From a virus, in IMG/VR virus record IMGVR_UViG_3300021399_000016, positions 1,808 to 65,807 of that record: a DNA stretch of 64,000 nucleotides; one strand, 5' to 3'. This document shows, piece after piece, positions 9,179-19,292 of this stretch. The number at the start of each line of letters is the position of its first letter. Position 1 is the stretch's first letter. The notes under the pieces were generated by a model. The model searched no databases. It saw only the letters and a list, made by a program, of their open reading frames with translations, and had not been told where the DNA came from. The position numbers were made by a program, and so were the translations under genes.

Positions 9179-9479
9179 GACAGAGATCATCATGACAATT
9201 ATTTGTGCAATCTTTTCTTCTGTTGGGTTCTGGACTTTTGTGAATAATGTTTATCAGAACATTAGGGAACGCGAGAGTGCAGAACGAAAAGCTCTTTTAG
9301 GGCTTCTTCATGAGAAGCTAGCTGAGAGAGCCTCAATGTTTATTAGTCGTGGAGCAATTACACGACAAGAGTATGAGGATTTCATAAAGTACATTTATGA
9401 TCCATACGTCGGTCTGGGAGGAAACGGAACTGGCGAGAAGCTTAAGAAAGAAGTAGATGATCTGAGACTAGTTAGTTAA
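9171..9479 (+). CDS. membrane protein, holin-like
   Basis: N-terminal TM segment; YDPYVGLGGNGTG motif. Confidence 0.5.
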   Translation: MSKTEIIMTIICAIFSSVGFWTFVNNVYQNIRERESAERKALLGLLHEKLAERASMFISRGAITRQEYEDFIKYIYDPYVGLGGNGTGEKLKKEVDDLRLVS

Positions 9480-9484
9480 CGGAG

Positions 9485-10777
9485 GTGATAAAAATGCAAG
9501 GTTTGATTTCGGATGAACTTTATCACCACGGTATTCTTGGAATGAAATGGGGCGTAAGGCGTTACCAGAATGAGGACGGTTCCCTCACAGATGCCGGGCG
9601 TAAACGTTATACAAAGCTTACTAACAGAGTTAATAAACTTCGCACGAAAGCTGAGAAATACGATAAGAAAGCTGCTAAGGCCGAGAGAAGTGCTCATCGT
9701 TTTTGGTTTAGAGATGCCGAGGCTGCTTACGCTAAATATTCTAAGTTTAAGTACAAAGCTGAAGCAGCGAGAACCAAGGCCGATAAAATCGAGAAGAAGG
9801 TTAACGAATTAGCTAGAAACACTAGCATGAGAGAAGTTAACGGTATTCCTGATAGTATCAGGCGTGGAGTCTCTATCGTCGATAAAGTAAAGAGTGGATT
9901 GGACGAACGTAATCGTCAGAAAAAGATCGCGGAAGCGGCAGAAAAGCGTAAGGCTACAATAGAGGCTAAGAAGGCACATGCGGCAGAGAAGGAAGAAGCT
10001 CTTAGAAGTGGAGACCCTAATAAGGTTTCAAAATTTCAAAATGAGCTTACTAACGATGAATTAAGAGCTGCAACCGATCGTATTCGATTAACTGAAACTC
10101 TTAGAAGCCAGAGCGAAGCTAGAGTTAAGACAGGACTAGATAAGGCTGAGGAAATTATGGGCAAAGTTTCTAAAGCTAAAGATATTGCTGAACGCGGAAT
10201 TAGTGCATGGAATACGGCTGCGAAGATCCATAACTCTTTTGTTAATGAAAAAGAGAAGTGGCCCGTGATCGATGGAAGCGGAAAGAAGGAAGACAGATCT
10301 GCTATTAAGAAGACCATTGAGAGCGGAGATCCCGAGCAGATTGCTAAACTTAAAGGAAAGCTTTCTGTAAGTGAGACTTCTGATGCTGTCAAGTCGATCA
10401 ACAACTGGAAGAATATTAATGAAAATGCCGATAAGAATAGGCAGGCTAGAGCTGATGCTGAGTACCAAAAGAAGGAATCCGCAAGAGAGGCGGAAAAGCA
10501 GAGAGATCTGAACAGAGAGAAAATGTTTAGTCAGCGTGACTCTTTCGAAAGGAAGGAAGCGTCTAGAAGAGAACAGGAATCATTTGATAAAGAATACGAA
10601 GATGGCGTAAAAGCTGCTAGAGAGGCATTCAAAAGATATAGAGAATCTTCTCGTTCAAATACTACTGTAGAACCGACTTCTAGATTCGATCCCGATGATA
10701 GAGCGACTCCTCAAATGAGAATCGGCCAAGAGATAACTAAACAGTTACTTCTTGAAATGAAGAAAGATAAAAAATGA
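9485..10777 (+). CDS. coiled-coil protein with HHGILGMKWGVRR N-terminal motif (possible internal virion protein)
   Basis: DELYHHGILGMKWGVRRYQNEDGSLT then K/E/A/R-rich helices. Confidence 0.65.
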   Translation: MIKMQGLISDELYHHGILGMKWGVRRYQNEDGSLTDAGRKRYTKLTNRVNKLRTKAEKYDKKAAKAERSAHRFWFRDAEAAYAKYSKFKYKAEAARTKADKIEKKVNELARNTSMREVNGIPDSIRRGVSIVDKVKSGLDERNRQKKIAEAAEKRKATIEAKKAHAAEKEEALRSGDPNKVSKFQNELTNDELRAATDRIRLTETLRSQSEARVKTGLDKAEEIMGKVSKAKDIAERGISAWNTAAKIHNSFVNEKEKWPVIDGSGKKEDRSAIKKTIESGDPEQIAKLKGKLSVSETSDAVKSINNWKNINENADKNRQARADAEYQKKESAREAEKQRDLNREKMFSQRDSFERKEASRREQESFDKEYEDGVKAAREAFKRYRESSRSNTTVEPTSRFDPDDRATPQMRIGQEITKQLLLEMKKDKK

Positions 10778-10786
10778 GGATGAGTA

Positions 10787-12529
10787 ATGCTATCAAACAC
10801 AGCTACTCCTTATTATTATGGTTTGTTTAGAGAATCGGTGATTAGAGGAGAGATTCCTGTTTGCAGAGAAATCTCTATGGAGATGAACCGGATCGATAAA
10901 CTGATTGATGACCCTGGAGTTTGGTATGATAGAGACCCTGTTGAAGGCTGGATTCGTTATTGCGAGAACGAACTGACACTTACAGACGGTGGCGATCTTC
11001 ACCTATTAGATACATTTAAGCTTTGGGGAGAGCAGGTTTTTGGCTGGTACTACTTTATCGAACGATCCGTATACGAACCGAACGAAGATGGTCATGGCGG
11101 TCACTACGTTCGTAAGCTTATAAAGAAGCGACTTATCAATTACCAGTATCTGATAATTGGTCGAGGCGCTTCTAAGTCTATGTACGCTTCCTGCATTCAT
11201 TCTTACTTCTTAAACGTCGACACTTCTACAACAAAGCAAGTCGCTACGGCTCCTACAATGAGTCAGGCTGATGAAACTCTCTATCCGATCAGAACTTCCA
11301 TCGTTCGTGCTCGCGGACCTCTTTTTCAGTTCTTAACTGAAGGCTCACTTCAAAATACGACAGGTTCCAGAGCTAATAGGCAGAAGTTAGCGTCGACTAA
11401 GAAGGGTATCGAGAACTTTCTAACTGGCTCTCTTCTTGAAGTTAGACCTATGTCCATCGATAAGCTTCAGGGTAGAAGAGATAAGGTTGCTTCTGTTGAC
11501 GAGTGGCTTTCTGGAACTATCAGAGAAAACCCGATAAACGCTTTAGCTCAGGGTGCAGCTAAGAATGATGACTGGCTTATCGTCGCGACATCTTCCGAGG
11601 GAACGGTAAGACACGGAATTGGTGATGATATTAAGATGGAGCTAATGGAGATTCTTAAAGGAGAGTATGAGAATCCCCACGTATCTATCTGGTATTACAA
11701 ACTTGACGACATAGAAGAGGTTGGTAATCCTTCTATGTGGAGAAAAGCCAATCCCAATCTCGGAAAGACTGTTACTTATGAAACCTATCAGCTTGAAGTT
11801 GAGAAAGCCGAGAGGGTTCCATCATCCAGGAACGAGATCCTGGCAAAAAGATTCGACATTCCCATGGAAGGTTACACTTTCTTCTTTACTTATGAAGAAA
11901 CACTTCCGCATAGAAGAAGATCTTTTAAGAGACTTCCTTGCGCTCTAGGCGCTGACCTTTCTAGGGGTGACGACTTTTGCGCATTCACATTTCTGTTTCC
12001 GTTATCTGACGGATCGTTTGGCGTTAAGGTTAGATCATACATCACATCCTATACACTCGATCAACTCCCAAGAGCAATGCGAGAAAAGTATAACGATTTC
12101 ATCAATGAAGGTACGCTCATAATTATGGAGGGTACCGTTCTTTCCATGATGGAAGTTTACGAAGATCTTGACGACCACATTGTTCGGATGGATTACGATG
12201 TGCGGACGTTTGGTTTTGACCCTTATAATGCCACAGAATTTGTGGAGCGCTGGTGCAGAGAAAATGGGGAATTTGGAGTTTGTAAAGTGATTCAGGGATC
12301 TAAAACGGAGTCTGTTCCTCTTGGAGAACTTAAGAAGTACGCCGAGCAGCGTATGCTTCTCTTTGATGAAGAGCTTATGACTTTCACTATGGGTAACTCT
12401 GTGGTCCTTGAAGATACGAACGGTAACCGTAAACTTTATAAGGAGCGCAGAGATCAGAAGATCGATAACGTGGCGGCCATGATGGACGCTTATGTTTCGT
12501 ATAAGCTGAATACTGATGCGTTTGAGTGA
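10787..12529 (+). CDS. terL: terminase large subunit
   Basis: IIGRGASKS Walker A, VDEW Walker B, GADLSRGDDF nuclease motif, FDPYNA, KIDNVAA. Confidence 0.92.
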   Translation: MLSNTATPYYYGLFRESVIRGEIPVCREISMEMNRIDKLIDDPGVWYDRDPVEGWIRYCENELTLTDGGDLHLLDTFKLWGEQVFGWYYFIERSVYEPNEDGHGGHYVRKLIKKRLINYQYLIIGRGASKSMYASCIHSYFLNVDTSTTKQVATAPTMSQADETLYPIRTSIVRARGPLFQFLTEGSLQNTTGSRANRQKLASTKKGIENFLTGSLLEVRPMSIDKLQGRRDKVASVDEWLSGTIRENPINALAQGAAKNDDWLIVATSSEGTVRHGIGDDIKMELMEILKGEYENPHVSIWYYKLDDIEEVGNPSMWRKANPNLGKTVTYETYQLEVEKAERVPSSRNEILAKRFDIPMEGYTFFFTYEETLPHRRRSFKRLPCALGADLSRGDDFCAFTFLFPLSDGSFGVKVRSYITSYTLDQLPRAMREKYNDFINEGTLIIMEGTVLSMMEVYEDLDDHIVRMDYDVRTFGFDPYNATEFVERWCRENGEFGVCKVIQGSKTESVPLGELKKYAEQRMLLFDEELMTFTMGNSVVLEDTNGNRKLYKERRDQKIDNVAAMMDAYVSYKLNTDAFE

Positions 12530-12533
12530 AGAC

Positions 12534-13448
12534 ATGAGAGATGATATTTATGTTGGTGCTCTTTTTTCTGAAGAATATTTAATGCACCATGGAATTAAGG
12601 GTCAGAAGTGGGGCGTTAAACATGGACCGCCATATCCTCTTGATTCTAGCGTATCTAAGCGAGTGAAAAGCGGTAAAGATATAAGAGTTGCTAGTGGTAA
12701 GGATAATAAAAAAGATCCGGATTTACATAATAAAAAAGGTAGCAATAGAGAAGCGTATAAAATGGCTCTTAATATTGCGCTTGATGTGGCTACGTTAAAT
12801 CCTATTTGGGCTGTTCAGGATGCTGTTAGATTAGGTCAATATGCGTCTTCAAAAGTGAAGGCTAAAAACATTGCTAAACGTCAGTCTTTCGAAGAAATCG
12901 ATAAGAAAACCGGATTCCATAAAAAGTCAAAAGAAATGACTATGGACGAAGATGTTAAAAACGTGAATCCTAATTTTCATAACTTCAACAGCAATACGAA
13001 GAATAACTGTATGCTTTGTACGGTTACTTATGATATGAGAAGAAGAGGATATGACGTTACTGCTGAATTAGCAGGAAAAGGCTATGACTATAATTCTGTT
13101 AAGCAATGGTATCCAAAAGCTAAGATAGTAGATGTACGAGGCGGAAATCAGTCAGTTGCTAGAACGGCAATGCTTGGCGATAAGCGGTTGATGGATAATA
13201 CTAAGAGCGAAATCGAGAAGCAGCCAAACGGAGCTAGAGGAAATCTTATGGTTCAATGGTCAAATTTTCAGGGCGGTCACTCAATGGCTTATGAAGTGAT
13301 TGACGGAAAGATGCACATATTCGACGGGCAGACAGGAACGCACTATACGAATCCAGATAAAATTCTTAGACAGTGCAGACAAGTTTCTTATGCGAGATTA
13401 GATAATATTGAACCTGATTACAAGAGGGTAAAGGAGTGTTGCAAATGA
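12534..13448 (+). CDS. HHG-motif protein with C-terminal papain-fold (glutamine-deamidase-like) toxin domain
   Basis: YLMHHGIKGQKWGV leader; NNCMLC...GGHSM...IFDGQTG Cys-His-Asp triad. Confidence 0.65.
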   Translation: MRDDIYVGALFSEEYLMHHGIKGQKWGVKHGPPYPLDSSVSKRVKSGKDIRVASGKDNKKDPDLHNKKGSNREAYKMALNIALDVATLNPIWAVQDAVRLGQYASSKVKAKNIAKRQSFEEIDKKTGFHKKSKEMTMDEDVKNVNPNFHNFNSNTKNNCMLCTVTYDMRRRGYDVTAELAGKGYDYNSVKQWYPKAKIVDVRGGNQSVARTAMLGDKRLMDNTKSEIEKQPNGARGNLMVQWSNFQGGHSMAYEVIDGKMHIFDGQTGTHYTNPDKILRQCRQVSYARLDNIEPDYKRVKECCK

Positions 13449-13702
13449 TTACACCGTCAGAGGCTCTGAATAAGCTGAAGAAGAAGGAACCGTTGCTTAC
13501 CATAGTTGGCATGGTTGATTATAGCTCTAAATATTATCTTATTTCGGCAGTAGAAAATCCGAATATGCCGAATTTTAGCGGTAATTATTACGCTGTAGAT
13601 AAGAGGACCGGAGCCATTAGTTATTATACTCCTGGAGCTGATTTCGATAATTTCTTTGATGCCATTAATAATCGTGTCATCGATATCACCAAATTGAGGT
13701 AA
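13445..13702 (+). CDS. putative immunity protein
   Basis: Small ORF overlapping the toxin stop; YYAVDKRTG motif. Confidence 0.45.
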   Translation: MITPSEALNKLKKKEPLLTIVGMVDYSSKYYLISAVENPNMPNFSGNYYAVDKRTGAISYYTPGADFDNFFDAINNRVIDITKLR

Positions 13703-13711
13703 AAATTCAAA

Positions 13712-14980
13712 ATGCCAAAGTTTATGGAGCGTGTCCAGAATGCCTGGAACGCTTTTTTAAGTAGAAGCCCCACCGTTACTTATGATTATGGCGGTTTTGG
13801 CTACAGACCTGACAGAGTTAGGCTAAGCAGAAACAATGAAAGAACAATCGTAGCATCAATCTACAATAGAATCGCTTTGGATTGTGCAATGATTGACCTT
13901 CATCATGTAAATTGCGACGAAGACGGAAACTACAAAGAGATTAGAAAATCTGGACTCGAAAACTGTTTGACTACCAGCGCAAATCTGGATCAGACAGGTC
14001 GAGCTTTTATTATTGATGTGGTTATGTCTATGTTTGATGAAGGCTATGTTGCTGTGTTTCCAACAGATTGTTCTGATAATCCTTACTATACGGCTGACTA
14101 CGAGATCTTGAAGCTTAGAACTGGAAAGGTCATAAGTTGGTTTGCTGATAGGGTTAGGATTGATGTTTACAATGAGCGTCTTGGACGAAGAGAAGAAATC
14201 GTGGTTCCAAAGACTCATGTCGCGATTATTGAGAATCCTCTTTACGCGATCATGAATGAACCGAATGGAACTCTTCAGAGACTTATTAGGAAGCTAAGTC
14301 TCTTGGACTATGTGGACGAACAGACTAGTTCCGGAAAGCTCGACTTAATTATTCAGCTTCCTTACGTTATCAAGACGGAAGCCAGAAGGCAGCAGGCAGA
14401 AGAGCGTCGTAAAGACATTGAACGCCAGCTTTCTGGTTCTAAATACGGTATTGCTTATACTGATGGTACGGAGAGGATCACTCAGCTTAATCGTGCAGTA
14501 GAGAATAACCTCTGGGTGCAGGTAAAAGACTTGACAGCTATGCTCTACAACCAGTTGGGACTCACTGAGTCTATTCTTAATGGCACGGCTAAAGAGGAGG
14601 AAATGATCAACTACTATAACCGAACTGTCGACCCGATTCTTGCAGCAATCGCAGAGGAGATGCAACGAAAGTTTATTTCTCCAACTGCTAGGACTCAGGG
14701 TCAGGCAATTAAGTACTTTAGAGATCCGTTCCGTCTTATTCCGGTTAGCGCTATTGCGGAGATCGCAGATAAGCTTACTAGAAACGAGATTCTTAGCTCC
14801 AACGAGATCAGAACGAAGATCGGCTTTAGACCTTCTAGCGATCCGGCTGCTGATGAACTCCGTAACAGTAACCTTAATCGATCTGATAACGAGAAACCGG
14901 CAGAAGCGCCAGAAGCTAACAGAAAGGCTGCGACGCAGAAAGCTTTGAAGGAGAAAAATCAAAATGGCGAGAAAGTATGA
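13712..14980 (+). CDS. portal protein
   Basis: 422 aa between TerL and capsid; IYNRIALD...NEIRTKIG HK97-like portal pattern. Confidence 0.88.
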   Translation: MPKFMERVQNAWNAFLSRSPTVTYDYGGFGYRPDRVRLSRNNERTIVASIYNRIALDCAMIDLHHVNCDEDGNYKEIRKSGLENCLTTSANLDQTGRAFIIDVVMSMFDEGYVAVFPTDCSDNPYYTADYEILKLRTGKVISWFADRVRIDVYNERLGRREEIVVPKTHVAIIENPLYAIMNEPNGTLQRLIRKLSLLDYVDEQTSSGKLDLIIQLPYVIKTEARRQQAEERRKDIERQLSGSKYGIAYTDGTERITQLNRAVENNLWVQVKDLTAMLYNQLGLTESILNGTAKEEEMINYYNRTVDPILAAIAEEMQRKFISPTARTQGQAIKYFRDPFRLIPVSAIAEIADKLTRNEILSSNEIRTKIGFRPSSDPAADELRNSNLNRSDNEKPAEAPEANRKAATQKALKEKNQNGEKV

Positions 14981-16769
14981 CTTCGCAGGTTGGGCGACAA
15001 AGAACGATCTCCTCTGCACCGACGGACGGACGATCAGAAAAGACGCCTTTAAAGATTGCGATGGGATTACGGTTCCGCTTGTTTACCAGCATGATCATAA
15101 AGATCCTACAAACGTCCTTGGACACTGTCTCTTAGAGAACAGAGCCGAGGGCGTTTATTGTTACGGATATTTTAACGATTCTGAAAAGGCTAGACACGCT
15201 AAGGAGTCTCTTAAGAACAAGGATATTACTAGACTTTCTATTTATGCGAATCACCTTAAGCAGAACGCTGGAGACGTTCTTCACGGAATGATCAGAGAAG
15301 TAAGTCTTGTACTCACCGGAGCAAATCCGGGAGCGAAGATTGAGACTGTTCTCGGTCATGCTGAAGAATTTGACGAGGAGGCCGTAATCACCACAGGAGA
15401 GGAGTTAGTAACCGATATGGAAGACGAGAACATCGTTGTTCATGCAGACGAAGAGGCCGACTCTAAGCCGAAGGAGACAGAAGAGTCTGGTGATTCCGAT
15501 GAGACTATTGAAGATGTGTTTAACACTCTGAACGAGAAGCAGAAGAAAGCCGTTTATGCGCTTATTGGTCTTGCTATTCAGGACAAAGGCAAGAATGACG
15601 GCGAAGCAAAACATTCCGAAGATGAAAATGAAGGAGAAGAAGATATGAAGTACAACGCTTTTGAAGGTGGCGCTCCGAGAAAGACTACTATTTCTCACGA
15701 CGATTTTAAGGTAATCATGGCTGATGCCAAGAGATGCGGTTCCCTTAAGGAAGCGGTCCTTGCGCACATGGAAGATGAAGATGGTGTTCTTGCACATCTT
15801 GATCCTGAAGTTACTGAGGGTATGACCCTTTCCCAGGACAAGCAGAACTACATGGTGAACGATCCGGCTTTCCTGTTCCCGGATTATAAGTCTCTTAACA
15901 ATCCGCCCGAGTACATTAAGCGAGATACCGGATGGGTTTCTAAGGTTATGGGTAAGGTTGGACATACTCCGTTTGCTCGTATTAAGTCCGTGTTTGCCGA
16001 TATCACTGAAGACGAAGCAAGAGCAAAGGGTTACATGAAGACCAATCTTAAGAAAGACGAGGTCTTCAGCCTGCTTAAGAGAACCACCGATCCGCAGACC
16101 GTCTACAAGAGACAGAAGATGGACCGTGATGATATTATCGATATCACCGACTTTGATGTTGTTCGTTGGATCAAGGCTGAGATGAGAGAGATGCTTAATG
16201 AGGAAATCGCTCGTGCCATCCTCATCGGCGATGGTCGTCTCAACTCTTCCGACGATAAGATCTCCGAGGATCACATCCGTCCGGTTGTTTCCGATAAGCC
16301 GCTCTTCACTGTTAAGGTCGATGTTGAGGTTGCTGCTGACGCTAAGCCCTCTGATATCGCAGAAGAGTTCATCGATCAGGCTATCAGAGCTCGTAAGCAG
16401 TATAAGGGTTCTGGTAATCCGGATCTTTATACCACTGAGGACATGCTCACCGAGATGCTCCTTCTTAAGGACGGTATCGGTCACAAGCTTTACAAGACCG
16501 AGCAGGAGCTCTGCACTGCTCTTCGTGTGAATTCTATTATTACCGTTGAGGTCATGGAAGGCTTCAAGCTTGATAATAAGGATTTCCTTGGAGTTATTGT
16601 TAACCTTGCTGACTACAGAGTTGGTGCTGACAAGGGTGGCGCTCTTGAGCTGTTCGATGACTTCGATATTGACTACAACCAGTACAAGTACCTGCTTGAG
16701 ACTCGTATCTCTGGTGCTCTGGTGAAACCGTTCTCTGCGCTGTCCTTCACTGTTAAGAAGACGGCTTGA
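14964..16769 (+). CDS. prohead protease - scaffold - major capsid protein fusion
   Basis: Protease motifs VPLVYQHDH, LSIYA, EVSLVLTGANPGA; acidic linker; HK97-like capsid C-terminus (EEIARAILIGDG, ETRISGAL). Confidence 0.88.
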   Translation: MARKYDFAGWATKNDLLCTDGRTIRKDAFKDCDGITVPLVYQHDHKDPTNVLGHCLLENRAEGVYCYGYFNDSEKARHAKESLKNKDITRLSIYANHLKQNAGDVLHGMIREVSLVLTGANPGAKIETVLGHAEEFDEEAVITTGEELVTDMEDENIVVHADEEADSKPKETEESGDSDETIEDVFNTLNEKQKKAVYALIGLAIQDKGKNDGEAKHSEDENEGEEDMKYNAFEGGAPRKTTISHDDFKVIMADAKRCGSLKEAVLAHMEDEDGVLAHLDPEVTEGMTLSQDKQNYMVNDPAFLFPDYKSLNNPPEYIKRDTGWVSKVMGKVGHTPFARIKSVFADITEDEARAKGYMKTNLKKDEVFSLLKRTTDPQTVYKRQKMDRDDIIDITDFDVVRWIKAEMREMLNEEIARAILIGDGRLNSSDDKISEDHIRPVVSDKPLFTVKVDVEVAADAKPSDIAEEFIDQAIRARKQYKGSGNPDLYTTEDMLTEMLLLKDGIGHKLYKTEQELCTALRVNSIITVEVMEGFKLDNKDFLGVIVNLADYRVGADKGGALELFDDFDIDYNQYKYLLETRISGALVKPFSALSFTVKKTA

Positions 16770-16784
16770 CAAAATCAAAATGAC

Positions 16785-16863
16785 TAATAACAGGTGGCTG
16801 TTGTGCTCTTCAAAAAATCGAAAATTCTTAGTTCATCCTGTTGTAACCAGCTACCTGTTATTA
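16785..16863 (+). promoter_or_regulatory. long hairpin after capsid gene (attenuation/processing site)
   Basis: TAATAACAGGTGGCTG / CAGCTACCTGTTATTA 16-bp stem with one G-U. Confidence 0.55.
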
Positions 16864-16880
16864 AGCATTAGGAGTATTTC

Positions 16881-17213
16881 ATGAGATACTTTGGAAAAGT
16901 CGGATACGTACCTACGGTTGAAATTAGACCCGGAGTGTGGGCGGAAGATCAAGTCGTAGAAAGAAGCTACTACGGAGATGTCATTCGTCGGTCAAGGAAA
17001 TGGCAAGGTTCGGAAAACTTAAACGACAATCTAAACATTAGCAACCAGATTAGTATCCTGGCCGATCCATACGCTTATGAACACTTCGCGGAAATTAAGT
17101 ACGTTATTTGGAACGGAGTCAAATGGAAAGTTCCAACAGTTGACGTAGACTATCCAAGATTAATTCTACATATCGGAGAGGTCTACAAAGAAAATGACGA
17201 TGACGAACCTTGA
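16881..17213 (+). CDS. head closure / head-tail adaptor
   Basis: Position; NISNQISILADPYA...WKV pattern. Confidence 0.6.
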   Translation: MRYFGKVGYVPTVEIRPGVWAEDQVVERSYYGDVIRRSRKWQGSENLNDNLNISNQISILADPYAYEHFAEIKYVIWNGVKWKVPTVDVDYPRLILHIGEVYKENDDDEP

Positions 17214-17514
17214 TAAACGTCTTGAGTTTCATGAGATTCTGTGCGGCATTTTAGGAAATAATCACGTTTATTTCCAGCCGCCAGAGTCCATTAAACTCAA
17301 ATACCCTTGTATTATCTACAAACGCTCTACTGGAAATACTCAGTATGGCGATAATAGGCCGTATACTTTCATGATTTGCTATAACGTAACTTACATCGAT
17401 AAAGATCCAGATTCCGAAGCGATTATGGAACTTGCTAAGTTACCTTATTCCAGAATGGATAGGCACTATACGGCTGAAAATTTAAATCACGACTCATTTA
17501 CAATTTACTACTAA
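17194..17514 (+). CDS. tail terminator
   Basis: VYFQPPES..KYPCIIY; directly before major tail gene. Confidence 0.65.
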   Translation: MTMTNLDKRLEFHEILCGILGNNHVYFQPPESIKLKYPCIIYKRSTGNTQYGDNRPYTFMICYNVTYIDKDPDSEAIMELAKLPYSRMDRHYTAENLNHDSFTIYY

Positions 17515-17528
17515 GGAGGTTTCCTACT

Positions 17529-18197
17529 ATGGCGAAACTTGTATGGGATCAGGTTGGACAGAAGACCTACGAAACCGGTACCGATCATGGCGTACTGTTC
17601 CCGATGCAGGACTCCGGTGCTTATGGCGCTGGTGTTGCGTGGAACGGTCTTACCGCATTTACCGAGAGCCCCTCTGGTGCTGAGAACACCGATCTGTGGG
17701 CAGATAACATTAAGTACGTGTCTCTGCGTTCTGCAGAAGACTATGGAGCAACTATCGAAGCTTACACATATCCGGATGAGTTCAAGCCCTGCATCGGTGA
17801 GGCTGAGGTTGGCGCTGGTGTTAACATTGGACAGCAGAAGAGAAGAGCTTTCGGTTTCTGCTGCAGAACCGTTGTGGGTAACGACACCATGATGGATTCC
17901 TATGGTTACAAGCTTCATATTGTTTACGGCTGCACTGCTTCTCCGTCCGAGAGAGCTTATCAGACCATCAACGATTCTCCGGAAGCGATCACCTTCTCTT
18001 GGGAAGTTACCACGACTCCGGTTCCGATTACTGTTAAGGGCTATGAGAACTTCAAGCCGACTGCTTCCATTATCATCGACTCCACGAAGGCCGATGCTAC
18101 GAAGCTCAAGACTCTTGAGGATATGCTCTACGGTACCGAGAATGCAGAGTCCAAGCTTCCGACTCCGGACGAGATCATCGACCTCTTCAAGGCTTGA
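17529..18197 (+). CDS. major tail protein
   Basis: YETGTDHGVL, GVAWNGL, IEAYTYPDEF, YKLHIVY, SPEAITFSW. Confidence 0.85.
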   Translation: MAKLVWDQVGQKTYETGTDHGVLFPMQDSGAYGAGVAWNGLTAFTESPSGAENTDLWADNIKYVSLRSAEDYGATIEAYTYPDEFKPCIGEAEVGAGVNIGQQKRRAFGFCCRTVVGNDTMMDSYGYKLHIVYGCTASPSERAYQTINDSPEAITFSWEVTTTPVPITVKGYENFKPTASIIIDSTKADATKLKTLEDMLYGTENAESKLPTPDEIIDLFKA

Positions 18198-18222
18198 TCG
18201 TAAAAACAAAATGGTGTTGTTT

Positions 18223-18252
18223 AGAGCCCTGGGATTCCCTGGGGCTCTTTTT
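18223..18252 (+). terminator. intrinsic terminator after major tail gene
   Basis: AGAGCCC..GGGCTCT stem followed by T run. Confidence 0.7.
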
Positions 18253-18275
18253 ATTAAAAGAAAAGGAGAACAAGG

Positions 18276-18710
18276 ATGTATACGACCACTAGAACTTACA
18301 CTGATTGGAACGGTATGGAAAGAACTGAAGAGTTTCGCTTTAACCTTACTAAGGCTGAGCTCATGGAGATGCAGTACTCCCAGAATGGAGGAATGAGAGA
18401 GTATCTCCAGAAGATCATTGACTCCAAGAATCAGAAAGAGATCATGAGACTCTTTAAGGATCTGGTTCTTAAGGCATACGGTGAAAAGTCCGATGACGGT
18501 AAATACTTCATCAAGAATGAGGAAATTAGAGAGAAGTTCGCTTCTACCCCGGTTTACTCCGAGATCTTCATGGAGCTTTCTACCGATGCTGATAAGGCGT
18601 CCGAGTTTGTGAACGGAATCATGCCTGCGGATATTGACAGAGCTGCTATTAACGCCCTTCCCGGTCAGGCTCCGATTCAGGTGACTCCGCCCACCACGCC
18701 TGCTAACTAA
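18276..18710 (+). CDS. tail assembly chaperone
   Basis: FNLTKAEL...KAYGEKSDDG; between major tail and tape measure. Confidence 0.65.
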   Translation: MYTTTRTYTDWNGMERTEEFRFNLTKAELMEMQYSQNGGMREYLQKIIDSKNQKEIMRLFKDLVLKAYGEKSDDGKYFIKNEEIREKFASTPVYSEIFMELSTDADKASEFVNGIMPADIDRAAINALPGQAPIQVTPPTTPAN

Positions 18711-18730
18711 GAATTTAAGGAGAGTAAAGA

Positions 18731-19279
18731 ATGTCTATAAAGATACATATTCCGGAAACGGAACTTTGGGATCCGATTAAGGAAGAGTTCATTAAAGTGA
18801 AGGATCAGACGATCCTTATGGAACATTCTTTACTCTCTGTCGATAAATGGGAATCCAGATGGAAAAAGTCTTATCTTTCTTCCGAGAATAAGTCTGCGGT
18901 TGAGGTTATCGACTATCTTCGGTGCATGACAATAACGAAGGACGTGAATCCCTACGTTTATTATGCCATCCCTGCTGACGAAATTAAGCGAATTAATGCT
19001 TACATAACGGATCCGATGACCGCGACAACTTTTACAGATAGAGAAGAACGACGAGGAAGAAAGAGAGACATCATTACATCTGAAATAATCTACTGGCAGA
19101 TGACTCAGCTTAACATCCCAATGGAGTGGGAAAAGCGGCATCTTAATAAGCTTCTTACATTAATCCACGTTGGAGCAATTAAATCTCAGCCGCCTAAGAA
19201 GATGAAGCCTGGAGAGATTGCCAGACAGAACAAGTCCCTAAATGCAGCAAGAAGGGCCAAGCATCACTCTAGAGGATAA
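18731..19279 (+). CDS. tail assembly chaperone 2-like protein
   Basis: EHSLLSVDKWE...ITSEIIYWQM...HLNKLLTLI; position. Confidence 0.55.
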   Translation: MSIKIHIPETELWDPIKEEFIKVKDQTILMEHSLLSVDKWESRWKKSYLSSENKSAVEVIDYLRCMTITKDVNPYVYYAIPADEIKRINAYITDPMTATTFTDREERRGRKRDIITSEIIYWQMTQLNIPMEWEKRHLNKLLTLIHVGAIKSQPPKKMKPGEIARQNKSLNAARRAKHHSRG

Positions 19280-19292
19280 GGAGAAATTCAAA

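Noticed and set aside
15405-16778. 457-aa minus-strand ORF and other long antisense ORFs
   Set aside because: Shadows of strongly codon-biased + strand genes; no RBS or motifs
18276-19279. Programmed frameshift between tail chaperones
   Set aside because: No convincing slippery site seen; the second ORF has its own RBS
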